Positions 44,501 to 59,500 of a stretch of DNA of 64,000 nt are shown in pieces (position 1 is the first letter of the stretch; the number at the start of each line of letters is the position of its first letter). The stretch comes from Chrysomallon squamiferum (taxonomy: Eukaryota; Animalia; Mollusca). The notes under the pieces are model-generated. The model was not told the origin of the DNA, did not search any database, and worked only from the letters and a program-made list of their open reading frames with translations. The stretch lies in the NCBI GenBank assembly GCA_012295275.1, contig CM022668.1, positions 13,144,001-13,208,000 on the forward strand. The letters are read 5' to 3'. The position numbers were made by a program, and so were the translations under genes.

Positions 44501-44890
44501 CAAATGAAAATTTTGGAACTGTAAAATCTGTTGATTTCTAGGTATTTTATCATTAAGTTCACCTGTTATTTGTTAACTGTGGCTATCAAAATACCATAAT
44601 CGATGTAATATATTTTAACAACAGATTTAAAAATTAAAAAATTTAAATTTATTTATAAATGTACATGCAAGTTATTTATTTAGTATAATCAACAAACTGA
44701 CATGACAGCAAATTAATTATTTAAGAAAATCTAACAATGTTTTGTGCCCAGGTCAGTAATGAGCAATGAATTTTATTTTTAAACTGCAGATTGGAATACA
44801 GAAATATAATCATATTTCAGAAACAGATACAGCCAACAATGTATAAAAAAACTATATCTTAAAGCCATTTAATTCAAACTATAATTAAAC

Positions 44891-44938
<48 letters not shown>

Positions 44939-45068
44939 TATAATTATAATAATAATAATATTACTATGTATTTGTTTATTTACTTACAGGAAACAGGATG
45001 CAGAAGGTAAATTTTTAAAATAAATTTCAATTCAAACTATATTTTTAAAATTCTTTGAAATCAGGCTG

Positions 45069-45100
<32 letters not shown>

Positions 45101-46118
45101 TTTTTTATTTTTTTTTGAAAATTTAATGCTGATTTAGCAGTAGAAATATATATAAAAAAAAATTTCTTTCAATTCAGATATTTTATTATTATTTTTAATT
45201 TTATAAAATAAGCAGTAAAAACAAATGTTTGGTAAGCCTCTCAGTTCATCCTAGATTTTATTATTATTTTTTAATAATAATTTGTTTTCTTTTTGTGAGA
45301 GTTTTTATAATTGTTTTTTTTTTAAAAATATTTTTAAGATGATGAACATGAATGAAACCAGCAATACAACCTGATACCATTTTACAGTAAAACGTTTAAC
45401 TATAAGCATCATAACCATGAAAGAGTCAAAGAAACCAGAAACAAAATGAACAAAAATAATAAAAACACAAAAAAAAACCAACAAAAAAAAAACACACATT
45501 CAAAAAAAAAAGAGTGAAATTACCACAATGATGGATACTTAAAAAAAAATCCCATGAATTATTTTAAATAAAAAAAAATGATACTTAAAAAAAAAAAAAA
45601 ATAAATAAATAAATAGTGAAAGCAAAAACAATAAAAAAATTAAATAAATGAGTAGGAAAAAAAAAATAACAGATAAGAAAACCCCCCCAAAACCCATTAT
45701 TATAATAAAGATAAATAATTGAAAAAAAGAAGAAAAAAACATTAAAATAAATAATAATTAAAAACAAAACACTCATCAAAAAATAATAAAATTAAAAAAA
45801 AATATAAATAACCACGATAATTAAACTAAAAATAATTTTAAAAAATTAGCAATAACAAAAATAATAAAAATATGTTTAAAAATAAGTAAATGACACAAAA
45901 ATTTACATAATAATAATTAAAAAAATGATAATGTGTAACTATAAAACAACGTCCCTTCAACACTAATAAAATAAAATTAACATAATAAATGCTATGAGAT
46001 TATGTACAACATTTCGACATTCACTCGGTGACTTGCATTCGTTATCTTTTTTTTTTTTAAATCCTTTTTGTCAATGTCTTAATCTTTTAATCCCTTGATC
46101 ATGTCTGGCATACGGCAC

Positions 46119-46353
46119 CTAAAGCTCATCACGGAGTATTGTATATCTATTGCCTGATGGTGCTAGCTTTCTGAATGTGGATTCTGGGGGTGAGGTTGGG
46201 GCGCGAGGTTTTGCTTTTCTATCTTCTACTAAAGAATCACTGCTGTCTTTTGGTAAATGATCCGAAGGTTTGCCTTCTTCTGACACCTGGAGAGTGTAGT
46301 AATAGTTTTGTGATGTTAAGTTATACATATTTGTTAGAGAAACTCGTAAGAGT

Positions 46354-46403
<50 letters not shown>

Positions 46404-48175
46404 CACAATAACAACAGTAATAGTAGCAGTAGTAGTGGTAAAAATAATATTAATCGTATTAATAGTAGTAAGTAGTAGTAGCAGTGGTAGTAATAATAAT
46501 AATAATTCTAATAAATAATAATAATAATAATAATGGTAATAGTAGTAGTAATAATAATAACAACAACAATAATAACAACAGTAATAATAATAATAATAAT
46601 AATTCCAATAATAATGATAATTATACTATTGATAATAATAATTGTAGTAATAATAACAATGACATTAACTGCATTAATAATAATAACAGTAATTATAATA
46701 ATAATTCCAATAAAAACAGTAATAATTATAATATTGATATCAATAATTGTAGTAATAATAACAATGACAATAACTGTAATAATAATAATAACAGTAATTA
46801 TAATAATAATTCCAATAATAACAGTAATAATTATAATATTGATATCAATAATTGTAGTAATAATAATAATAATAACAATTATAACTGTAATAATAATAAC
46901 AACAACTGATATAATAACAATGACTGTAATAATTATAATAATAATTTTTGAGTTTTACTCACAGATGCAGGTGCTGTGGTAGGGTCAGGACCATGATGAA
47001 ATTCCCTGTGAAGTTTCCCAGAATGAAGATCCTCAATAAACTGTTTTAACAATCCTGGTTTCCTATATTCACATAAACAAAAATTGAAAATAATAATTTA
47101 AAAAATATAAATATATAAAAAAATTTTTAATTAAGTAATAAAAATGAAAATAATAATATTAAAAACATAAAATAATAAGTAAAAATTATGTCTCACCTCT
47201 TCAGTTGGTTCTGGATAAAAAAAACCACTGTACTAAGATATCAATCCTGAGAAAGTACCTGAATATTTTCCTATTTTTTTTATTCATCTTAATTCTGAGC
47301 AAGTACCAGAATATTATCCTATTTTTTATTAATCTTAATTCTGAGCAAGTTACAAATATTATCCTATTTTTTATTAATCTTAATTCTGAGCAAGTAGCAG
47401 AAAATTATCCTATTCTTTATCAAACTATCCTGATTCAATATAAGGCTATTATGCCTGAGACATATTAAGATAATATCCTATTGTTTATAAAAATTTTGAT
47501 TGTAATCTAGTAATCCTAAGATATTATCCTATTATTATCCCTGATAAGCACAGGTTTATTAAATAAACACAAACTTACGACATATCAGTTTTTACGTCAT
47601 GTGGAAATATGTACATATGTCTGAAACTGTCAATGGCAAGAACAGGCAAATCATCTAAACTTTTGCCCAAATGATGTAATGGATGTGTGAACTTTGACCC
47701 ATCTGCAGTGAGAAAGTTAATGCTATCTGGAAAAGAGAGAGAAGAAAATCAAAATTCATATTAAATTTATAACAAAACAAAAAAAAGTGTATGGACATTT
47801 ATTTAACGTCTGCAACATATTTTTTAACAAAAACTGTAAGATTATGATTTTAGAATTCAAAAGATAGAAAAAAAAATGTGGGGGTTTTAGCAATTAGAAG
47901 AAAATCTGTAGCAGCAGCAATTAATTGTGTTTATTTTAATTGTTAGCAGGAAGAAATCTTCTTAGGTCCACCTTCTCATGCACATGATGAAATATAAATA
48001 AAAATATATAAATTTACTTTTTTCATGGAGAAGCTGCTGCTGGACTTCGTGGTTGAAGACATCGACAATGTGTTGATCATCTGGCTTGTGGAAAAGGATT
48101 AAAAATGGCAGACCTTCTTCAGTTAGCTCCTGTAAAGTAAAAAATTAAAAAATTAATAGAGAGAGAGACAGAGAG

Positions 48176-48219
<44 letters not shown>

Positions 48220-51200
48220 GACATAGCTAGATGGATGGATGGATGGATGAATGGATGGAAAGATGAATAAATAGACAGACAGACAGACAGAGACAGATAG
48301 ATGTATGGATAGATAGATTGATAGAGAGACAGAGACAGACAGAGAGAGAGAGCGAGGGAGAGAGAGAGAGAAGGGAGATAGCTAGATAGATGGACAGATG
48401 GATGAATGGATGGAAAGAGGAATAAATAGACAGACAGACATAAGTAGATAGATGGATGGTTGGAGAAGTGAATGGATGGATGGATAAATAGACAGACAGA
48501 CTGACAAACAGAGTGACAGATAGATAGATAGCTAGATAGATATATGCATATATAAAGTAAATGTTTCTGAAATATCTAATATTCAAGTGCATAAACTATA
48601 AGTGAGTATCCATAAATATGCAGTATCATTATAAACACCATTCATTTACTGTGAGGTCATTTTTATGTATTAAAATGTAAGTAACTAAATACAAAAATAA
48701 CATTTGGCTATTTTAAAGCTGCCAAAACCATCTGTTTCAGGTCTGATAAATATGCACTAATTTCAGAGGTTTTTTTTTTTTATGAAGGAAGATAATGTTT
48801 ATTAACAGATTTATTATTATTATACTCTGTCATGAACAATGGTAAAAATCATCAAAAACTGTAAAAATAATAACAGATCATCCAAAACAGTAAAATAATA
48901 GAGGACTATCCAAAGCACAAAAAATGATAGATGATCTAAAAATGGTAAAATAATGATAGATGATCTAAAAATGGTAAAATAATGAGAGATGATCCTAAAC
49001 ATCATCTAAGAAGAGTAAAATAATAACGTGGAAGTGTAAAACATTTCATTTGACTATTTATTCAGAAACTCTAAATAAATGAGATTACGTGGAAATATAT
49101 TGGATGAAGAAAGTTATTCTTACCTCTGCATTTTCAAAAGTGATTTCCCTTACTAGAGGAACACATTTTTCCTGCACCCATTGAGTTAGCTGAGGCAAAT
49201 CTGTTATGGAGCCTAAGTACACTTGCTCGGGACGTTTCGACTAGAATAGTAAATGATAAAATAGAGAAACCATTGTATGAAATAACAACATAAGAAGCCT
49301 ATGTAAATGTATTAATAAATGAATGAACAGGAAAGAAAATGGCAAGGCTTTCATCAAATCAATTGTGATACTTCAGCTGTAGAAACAAATAAGCATGCAA
49401 GCAGAAATGAATAAACACATAAAAAAAACTAATAAAATAAAATAAAATAAAATAAAATAAAATAAAATAAAATAAAATAAAATAAAATAAAATAAAAATA
49501 AAATAAATATCTAGAAGAAACATACCTATGGTTATCCCCCAAATAACAGATCATATTCTTAATGTAACATTTTACTGTAATCTGTAAATATTCACAATGC
49601 TGTTAATTTTCAGTGTGGAGTTGGGCATAAGTATCTTTGAAACTTATATAAATATAAAAGCAGCGGGTATATACTTCCAAATAAATGAAACTACACTGAC
49701 ATACACACATACACACACACTGCAATATACATTTATTTATTTTTATTATTATTATTTTTCTTTAAGCTATACCCTGAACATATTTTTAGATTCTATTCGT
49801 TATATTTATTTATTTATTTATTTATTTACAATGATAGACTTCTAATTCAGCTTGTCTTATCATTTAGCAGCAAGGAATCTTTTACAGAAAGGAAAAAAAT
49901 ATATATAGAAATTTTGATAAAGCAGGAATGGAACTCTTGTTATTTGAAACAATTCTATGGATGGGCATCAAAAATTTATTTTTCATTTTATTTTTGAATA
50001 TGAATAAATTTTAACAAATAAATTAAATAGTTAGAAAGGCTTATAATTTACATGCATGAGCCTATACCACTATTTATGTAATGTAATACAAATGAATACA
50101 TAAAATAAGAGAGATATGTTTTTTCATGCACCTTCAACTTAAATGAATATATTATATATTTTACATGCATATGTTTGTATTAGTATTATCTTATAATAAA
50201 TAAGTGAAATTTTATAAACCTTTCAGAATTTTTTCATTGTTTTTATTTTGTTTTTAAAAAAAAGATAACTGTTTTACATGCATGTTTGTATTAATATTAT
50301 CTCATAATAAATAAGTGAAATTTTATAAACCTTTCAGAATTTAAAAAAAAAAAAAAAAATTTTGTATTATAAAAAAAATAACTGTTACCTGATTTAATTT
50401 TTTGAATGTTATAAGATTTGAACTTAAGTGTTTTATATTCCTTTTGTTATGATCAAAATACTGTTATTAATAATAATACAGGAGGTTCCTACTTTGTTTT
50501 GAACATCAAAAACCTGTATCTATAAATAAATAAATAAATAAATAAAAATAGTTTTAAAATACAAATAACAAAAAATTAAAAAAATTCATACCAACATTTA
50601 AATCAATCAAGATTTAAATTTAATCAAATATGAATCAAAGAAAGAAAAAAACAGTATCATTATATTACTGATGTCCCAGCAGTATTTGATTCTGACAGTG
50701 CAGAAACTTTTATCATTTCTGACAAAAGAAACAAAACAGAAACATTTTTTTTTTTTAATGATTAACACTTAATCCAACAGCCAATAGTATGAGCCAAGTT
50801 AAAACCCCATGAAGTTAAAAATTCAGCAAATTATTTGTGACTTGAAATAGCAGTGTATGTTCTTTCCCACAAACCAGACATAATTTTGGCAAGTTAAAGT
50901 AATGTGTGTAAACTGATGATCCCAGCTGATGCCCCACTGCAGTGATTTGGTTTTGTCTCATTCAGTGAATAAATAAAGAATGTATGAATTAGTAACTTGA
51001 ATGACTGGATGTATAAATTTCTGTTTTTGCTACTTCATAAAGTGGTAGTCTTAATAATTTGCATTCAAGCATTATTCTGGAAATTTATAACTGCTATAGA
51101 ATTTTTTTCTATAAAGAAAACAGAAAGATAATATCATACGTTTTACTAACATAAAAGAATTAAAAACAAAAAATCGTCTATTTATTGAAATATCTATCTA

Positions 51201-52221
51201 TTAGACAATGAATGAATGACAGAAAAACTGAATAAAGAGAGTAAGATTGAAACAATACAGGAAGAAAAAAGAACAAGAATGATTTTAAAAACCAAAAACT
51301 GAATGAAATTTTTTAAATTTTATATCATACATTTTCAGCATCTGTCATTTTAAATAACAGGTAAAATCACTCATTTTTTTGACAACATTCTCTTAAGATA
51401 TTCGTCTTTTTTTTTTTTTTTTAATCAGTATATAATGTAAGTAATCACACACATGCTGATTGGGTAGCTATATAAAATATTTTTATTTTTAAGTTGCTGC
51501 AATAAAAAACACATTTAACATTATCTTTCAACTCCAACCAAACCCAAGGCTCAGACATAACAAAACATTTATACAGATTACAGCAGTAAAAAGAAAATTA
51601 ATACAAACCATTGCAAGCTGTTTAAAATAAACAGATCAAATATTTTATAATTTTTGTTTTAAATTAATAATTCTCTTTAAAAAAAAATGGGAGAAAGATA
51701 TGCTTTGTTGCAATGTCAAAGATATTAAATATTTATTTTCTTTGGTGTACGTGTGTGTATGTGTGTGATTCCAAGCTATTTGGTATGTGTTTATATTTAA
51801 TGAGAATCCAGTCTACATTTAATATGTTTAAATATTCATATTGTGTTATTTTATAATCAAAAACTCAAAAAAGAATATCTATACAGTCTATTCAAACTGA
51901 ATTAAACACTCATATTTATTTTGTATGTCATGGATGTGACCACACTGTTATATGTCATGCCTCACTGATACTGTTAATATTTGTTTATTTATTTATGCAT
52001 AAATGACTTTGGTAAAGTGATTGATCAAGTAATTTAGGTGGAATGCTAAGGGGTATGTTAAGTATTTCTTCTTAATTAGTTTTTAAAAAACTAATTAGTA
52101 ATCTGGGAGAATTGATAACAAATGAAGATGAAGATCAAACCTGAATGTTAAATATAAAAAAACAGGTTATCTCAACTTATGAAGTCTGTTGTGTTTATCT
52201 GTCAGAGGAGGTGTCTGTACA

Positions 52222-52315
<94 letters not shown>

Positions 52316-52745
52316 ACATCATGTTTTCAGCATCTGTTTGCTTGTTTTCAAAATGTTCTGTAAAATCTGTGTGTTTGTTGTATTGTGTATGTATGTGTCT
52401 TTGTTTGAACAGCTGTATGTAATAAATCAATAAATAAGAAATCAAATACATGTGTGTATGTGTATGTGTATATATATATATATATATATACAAGTGTATG
52501 TGTTTGTGTGTGTAACATATGTATTGAAATTTGCATTAGAATACGCTTATGTATATGTCATCTGCATATCTATGTAAATAGGTGTATGTATATGTGTATG
52601 GTGTATGATATGCACTGTCTATGTAAATAATGGTATGTATTTTTATATTGTGTGGCTGTGTGTGTGTGCACGTGTGTATGCTTACCTGTTATGTGTCTGT
52701 TTTCATGCATATGTGGGTTTGGATATAAATAAAAAAATATAATTA

Positions 52746-52788
<43 letters not shown>

Positions 52789-53186
52789 CCAGTATCAAAA
52801 CAATCTGAAAACTCTATAACCCTGACACTGACTTATATATACTGGAATTTGTATAATGTACGTATATGTAGTCCTAATTAACCAGTACTAATATGGTTGT
52901 TATTACAATACTGTTATTTACTGTTATTGTATTGTTATTCAACTTACATTAGGGGCCTTGAAAACCACTTGTTCCCCAGCTGCTCTCTCAGGTTCAGAAA
53001 CAGATCTGTGAAATAATTATGAAAATTATGAAAATGAAAGTTTATAAATAAATACACACCAGACTATGTTATTAATATTAACATCTTTAATGGAACACAC
53101 ACAAACTCTAGAAAAGAAGAAAAAAAAGTTTAAAAAAGAGTTAATAAAAGTAAAAAAATAACAATGAAAAGAAAAGATTGATAGAA

Positions 53187-53223
<37 letters not shown>

Positions 53224-53354
53224 AATCAATTTTTAATACAAATTTTATAAAATGCAAAAAATGTAAACAAAATATTAAGAATTGGAATCAAACAAAAATA
53301 TTGTCAATAAAAAATGTTACATATAAATCAATTAGCTTAAATATAAATAAACTG

Positions 53355-53385
<31 letters not shown>

Positions 53386-55094
53386 GTTTTTATAACTCAA
53401 TTATTAAGTGTTGCTAGCATCTTTCTATATTATATATAATGCATGTTATCACAGAATGTAACAGTAATAATACTGTTATGAAATATGAAATATTGGTGTG
53501 AGGAAAATGAAGAACAGACACAAAAGCATGTTGGTTTTTTTATAGACTTTTTAAAATAAAATAAATAATCACCCAAAGGCAGCATGAAAATCACAGTCTT
53601 CCCTGAAAGTGCTGGCAACTTTGGCAAATGTTCTGTATGAATCAGAATTCTTGGCTTGAAAATATCCAACAATGTGGCGTTTCTTTAACTGAAACAAAAG
53701 GAAGTGAAATAAATTTAAATTAGCAGTTCAGCATCATTAATGGAACATGGTATAAAATAATCCATTAACTAAGACTTCCAAAGTCTTTTCAGTTGCTAAA
53801 TTCTTCATATTCTTTGCTCAAACAGTGAGCAAACTTCAGCTGGTCATGGCAGGCAATAGGTACTGCCATCTTTGTTTTGTTTCCACTTCAAAAACAAATG
53901 TTAGTAAAGTTTTCGAAAAATGATTTACAAGCTTGCTGGCTTTGAACAATGCACAGTAGTGTTGTAAATGATGTATTTATGTGCAATGACAAGATGATCA
54001 TAGGTCATTTCACAACCATTACATTCCTATGCGACATGTTATGTAATGTAAAAAGATGATCAAACATCGGTAAAATCCAAAGGCTTTTTTTTTCTAGGAA
54101 ATTTACCAATTAAGATTCAATTAAACATATAAAATTAAACAAAATAGCCTTTTATAGTTCACAGATTAAATTTTCCTTTTAGGACAACATACTTTGATGT
54201 TTTGGTTATAATATAAGCCAAAAATGTCAAAATGGACTGGTGATGACTTTTTGATTTATTTTGACACTGAAGCAGTATAGCTTGTAGCAATGATGTAAAT
54301 CCTTATTTTCATTAAAATATTGAATTTTATCTCATTATCCAGCTTTTATGCTAATTTATAAATGACTGGAATCCAAAGAATTCAAATAAAACAAAAGAAC
54401 AACATTCATGTATCACAGGGTTTGAGAAATCAGTTACTAAATGGAAAATAAAGAAGAATTTCTTTTCTAAAACTAAGAAAATTTTACATACATCAAGTTC
54501 TTCCATTGTCTCTAATTTCTGGTGTTCTACGATTGAGTCTTTTAGCTGTTCTCGGACATAGTTGGCCAAAGCATCAACTGACCTTTGACCTCTGTATTCT
54601 CTTTTGACCATCTCTCCATTCCTAAATAGCTTCAGTGTTGGGTATTTACTGATGCGATATGTCTGAGCAGTGTTTACTATAAAGAAGAAAATGAAAAATC
54701 ATTTAGTAATTATTGTAATTCATAATTATCAAATTTCTGCAATGAATTCAATATTAAAAAAATTCAATATTAAAAAACCCATTTTTTTTATAATGATCAC
54801 AATTAGCATAATTTATACACATAAGTTATTAAAAATTAATACAAAATTCATGTATGTATGTATCTATGTATGTATGTATGTAAGCATGCATAATCAAAAT
54901 GTACAGGAACTATTCTTAGTTACTGCCATTACAATTAACATAATTATTCATTCAACAGCTACAAGCAGAAAGTTCAAAGAACCAGGACCTTTCAAACTAC
55001 AATTGTACAGTAAAAGTGTAGATTACTAGAAAAAAAAACAAAATGTTGACAAAAAAAAAAAAGAAGTAGCAGAAGCAGTAGCAGTAATAATGGA

Positions 55095-55154
<60 letters not shown>

Positions 55155-56487
55155 TAATAATAATAATACAAAAATCACTATCTACATATTCCTGCATTTA
55201 ACAGCTCAAAACAGTGGAAAATACAACAGTAAATAAATAAACAAATAAATAAATAAATAAATAAATAATACAAGAACTATATCCCTACATTTAATGGCCT
55301 CAAAAAAAAAAAATCTTTACTCAGAGAGTAATTTATAAGCAGTCGATTCAGTCAATAAAAATCAGATGCATATTTCAGAGAGGGTATTAATAATATATAC
55401 CAGTTACAGCTGCAGATTTAGAATGCCACTGTATGATGAACACAATATAACTATCAGTATAATCTGATAACATTATGTTGCTTTAGGGAAAATCCGTGAA
55501 TCAGAAACAGCTGAAGGGTCTGGGGTTATTATATAAGAAGCAAGCAGGTGAAGGATGTATGTGGAAAGTCTCAGATGAAAAATAAATGATGCTATATTTT
55601 TTAATGCAGCAGTTATTAGGCTACTCTAGTGTATAGATCCCCGTCCAATATCAGATTATAAGACATTTAAATACACTAGATTTTTATTGGCAGTATCTGA
55701 GATTAACGAATTGTTAACTGTATCCAGTTTCTTTAAGCTAAATAAATGATTTATGAACGTATGCATTATTTATTTGGTATCGATTAAATGTAGAAATGTG
55801 TGTATAGGGAATGAAAGGATAAAATCATTTTACAGACATGTATCTCTGTATCTGTCTCTCTATCAAACAATACAACTACTGCAACAGCTGTTGTGTGTAC
55901 ATATATAATATATTATATATATATATATTTTTTTTATTGTTTTCAAAAAACATAAAATAAAACAACAGGAATAAATTCTGGTAACAAATCACGTCTACTT
56001 TGTATAATTTAGCAGCCAGTATTTTGTATGTAAGTGGGTGCATGTGTTTATGTGTGTCATTTATAAATTTCATATTCTGGATAACAATTATTTTATTTTT
56101 TTTATCATGTTCACCATTATGTTTATCTTTTATTACGTTTATGTCCATTTCTTTTTAAAAGTTTATTAGTTTACACTGAAAAACACTTACTTAGTATGGA
56201 AAAGGTGCTCTATAAATATGGTATAATAATTTAATAACATCATATGTTTTATCATATTAAAGCAAGATAAATTATAGATACACACAGAGATGTACACAAA
56301 GATAAATTTATATAAAGATCATATTCAAACCAATATTATAAAATAAAAATAAAAAATTTTACCTTGAGTATCACAATCAACTTTTCCAAATGCAATTCTG
56401 CCTGGCATCTGAAATTGTTTTACAAAATAAAAAAAAAAATATCTACATAACTAAAATACACACAAATAAGATTAATAAACCATTTAA

Positions 56488-56534
<47 letters not shown>

Positions 56535-59500
56535 TGTAATGAAAAATAGATAACTAAATAACCAAAAGGAACAGTAATCAAAATGAAATTTTTAAAAAGG
56601 CAGTATTTTCCTATTTTTAATCTATTCCTACTACTTTTGATCTGACAGGAAAATGTGTTAAATGTTAAATCTTTTCTTTTATTTTTTCCCTAAATATTGT
56701 CAGTATCAACATAACTAAAAAAAAAAAAAATCAAAAAAAAAACCAGATATATATTAAGCATGTATAGTTATTAATGTTCTATAATGCAGTTGACAAGTAA
56801 TGGAAACTGGTGATAGTAAAACAAGACTAAATCGTGCAATTATTATTATTATTATTTGTTTTTATGTACAGCTGTATGACATTTTCAGACACACAGACTA
56901 TAAATCACAATGGCAGCATGTTACACACTATAATGAAAATGTTTTCTAATTAATGAGTCAGTACCATTTTTATCTTGTCTGACTGCCTTTAAAAAATACT
57001 AGATGAGCCTGGCAATAAATGCCTGCAATTAACTTTTGATCACAATTTCAGTGAAATTTTGCCTAAAACTGATCTGAAGTTATTCATTTTATTTTAGCTG
57101 GTAACACTGTCATAAATAAACACACTTTAACTGTTAAGTGAAGGTATTTCAGGCCATTACATTAAAGTAGAAAACAAAATAAATGAATAAATGAATAAAT
57201 AAATAAACTCTGAACTCACAGGAAATTCTTCTTTGATTTTCTTGGATGCTTCTTCAAAAACTGGTGTTAACATCTGACTAAATCGACACCTAAGTGAAAA
57301 AAAAGTAAAATAAATATTTTGGTTGTAAAGGGAAAAACTTAAATACTAAACATATAGAGCAAACATATTAAATTCCTGAATGAAAAATATTAACCTTTAG
57401 TTTATTATTACTTATTTTTAAATAAATTATTTGATAATTTTAATAAATAAAAAATTTGTTTGTATTACTTTTTTTAAATAATTTACTAAGTACTAATAAT
57501 GATGCAGCTTCCCACATCAAACTTAAATTTGAAACAAATAACAACTTGCTAAAGTAATAAAAACCTCTCCAAAATTTAATTTTGTTTTTAAAAAGTAAAA
57601 TGTAGCTTAAAACAAAAATAAACTGCAATGTGGCCTACTACAAAGGAAACTAATTTAATAAAATAAAATTAATATTGAATTACAATAGCTTTTTCTTTTT
57701 TATTAATAAATGTATATATATATATATATATATTTTTTATATATATATATATATATACACAGAAACAAAATTATAAATTCATAACTTTGATCATTTTTAT
57801 TTTCATTAATTCATAATTGAAAAACCAAATGGGACAACACAAATTAATAATAATATTAAATTATTGCCAGATAATAAAACTAATATGCAGAAATAATTAC
57901 TAAATATTAATATACTCAATCTGATGTTGATTAAAGCATATCCAAACCTGTTCAAAAATGAAATAACATGTACACAGCTGGATCAGTGTCAATATGACAT
58001 TGTTACATTGTGTATGTATACAGTTATGGGAATATGGTTGGTTAGGGATTGAAAAAATTTAATAAAACACAACAGATGTTGACAGTTATATTCTGTAACT
58101 CAGCTACGGTTTCAAATTAAACATTTATCCTAATTAAAAAGAATAATTATATGAATATAAATGGGACTCTATTCACTCTCGCTGTGCTAATGTACTGAAT
58201 TTGGGTTTAAACGTGTCTCAATTAGCTTTGCAAAAGCTAATGCAGACGGTGCTTATTTTTTAAATTGTTAAGGTTTTATGACGTGCTAGTACTGTATGCA
58301 GCATTTATTCCATTTTTGGGAATATCAGCATCTGTGTATTTTCAGATTCAGAAGGAATTTGCATTGATCTTACAATTTACCCTGCTTCTGTAATGCTGCA
58401 GTCAGGCAGATTAAAAACATTTTGAACAAATAATATAAAAAAAAAAAAAAAAATTTCAAGCTATATTGTTACTGAAAGGATTCAAAGACAATCTGTTCTT
58501 GATATACATGGATTGTAATAAATGCTTGTCATCAATCATACATGACACACATATATGGTAATTCAACAAAAAATAAACTGTTTTGAAGAAAATTAATGTA
58601 AACTGTTATTACTTATATCAGCAGACCTAAATTTTATCTTTTTCTTTTTTTTTCCTTTTAAAATCTCTTTGTTAGCCATGTATTTCAGAAGCTATTTATG
58701 TTTGTAGACTAATAATATTATATAATTACTGCACTAAACAAAATAGTTTTGAAGCTGAACAGTAATTAAATTGCATAATAATTTCCTGCTAAATTAAAGA
58801 TTAAATTTTCTTTTCCTATTTTCATTCAAAATAGCACACCTCTAAGTGATACAAAAAATAATTATTAATAATAAAACCCAAATAAAAACTTACCAATCAG
58901 CATAAAAATTAACAAAAACAAGTTCATAGCCATCTGAAAAACAAAAAAGCAAAAATTAATGACCAGAATATACAAACACACACACACACTTATAAAATCT
59001 TTACTTATCTTTAAAATAAAATATTTCATTATTTTGCTTAGATTACAACAGAGAGGAGGGTTCAAAAGTGTTACATGTAATGCTAGGATGAAAAGAAGAC
59101 CCTGTTTCCTTGGAATAAAAAAGATCAAAGCTGGGTTTCCTAACAGTTAAGATATTTAATAACATGGTTGAACAAACAGCAACAGTTGGTACTTAAATTA
59201 TTAAAAGATTAAGTATACTTATCATTATAAATTAAAAGTATTAGTTCAAAACAAAGTGACAGATAGCAAAAGATACCTCTTAAATTATTATAAATTAAAA
59301 TTATTAGATCAAAACAATGTTTCATATACTAACAGGTACGTCTTAAATTATTAAAATAGTATTTTATTATTACAATTTTCAAGTGTCAGTTCAAAACAAA
59401 GTGACTTTAAGCAATACTAAAATTGCATATTTTTTACAGTAATTTAATTGTAGGTAGCCACTTTTTAAAAAATGAACTCAGAAAATAACTAGCTAAAAGT

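Noticed and set aside
44990-45006. Possible 17-nt plus-strand microexon (TTACAG|...AAG|GTAAAT)
   Set aside because: No host transcript identified and it is not frame-preserving.
38364-46118. C2orf69 orthologue (the other human neighbour of TYW5)
   Set aside because: No coding exons detectable in this interval.
46484-46982. Asn-rich and Ile-rich plus-strand ORFs
   Set aside because: These are the (AAT)n higher-order repeat inside an ERP44 intron on the opposite strand.
44275-49026. Short regularly spaced repeats superficially like CRISPR arrays
   Set aside because: Degenerate tandem minisatellites without unique spacers, in a eukaryotic context with no cas genes.
50389-50519. Possible stop-containing cassette exon in an ERP44 intron (ATAG|...CAG|GTAACA)
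   Set aside because: Splice-like signals are frequent by chance in AT-rich introns and there is no independent support.
55433-55514. Possible intronic C/D snoRNA (ATGATGA...CTGA)
   Set aside because: Antisense to the host gene, no terminal stem and no recognisable rRNA guide.
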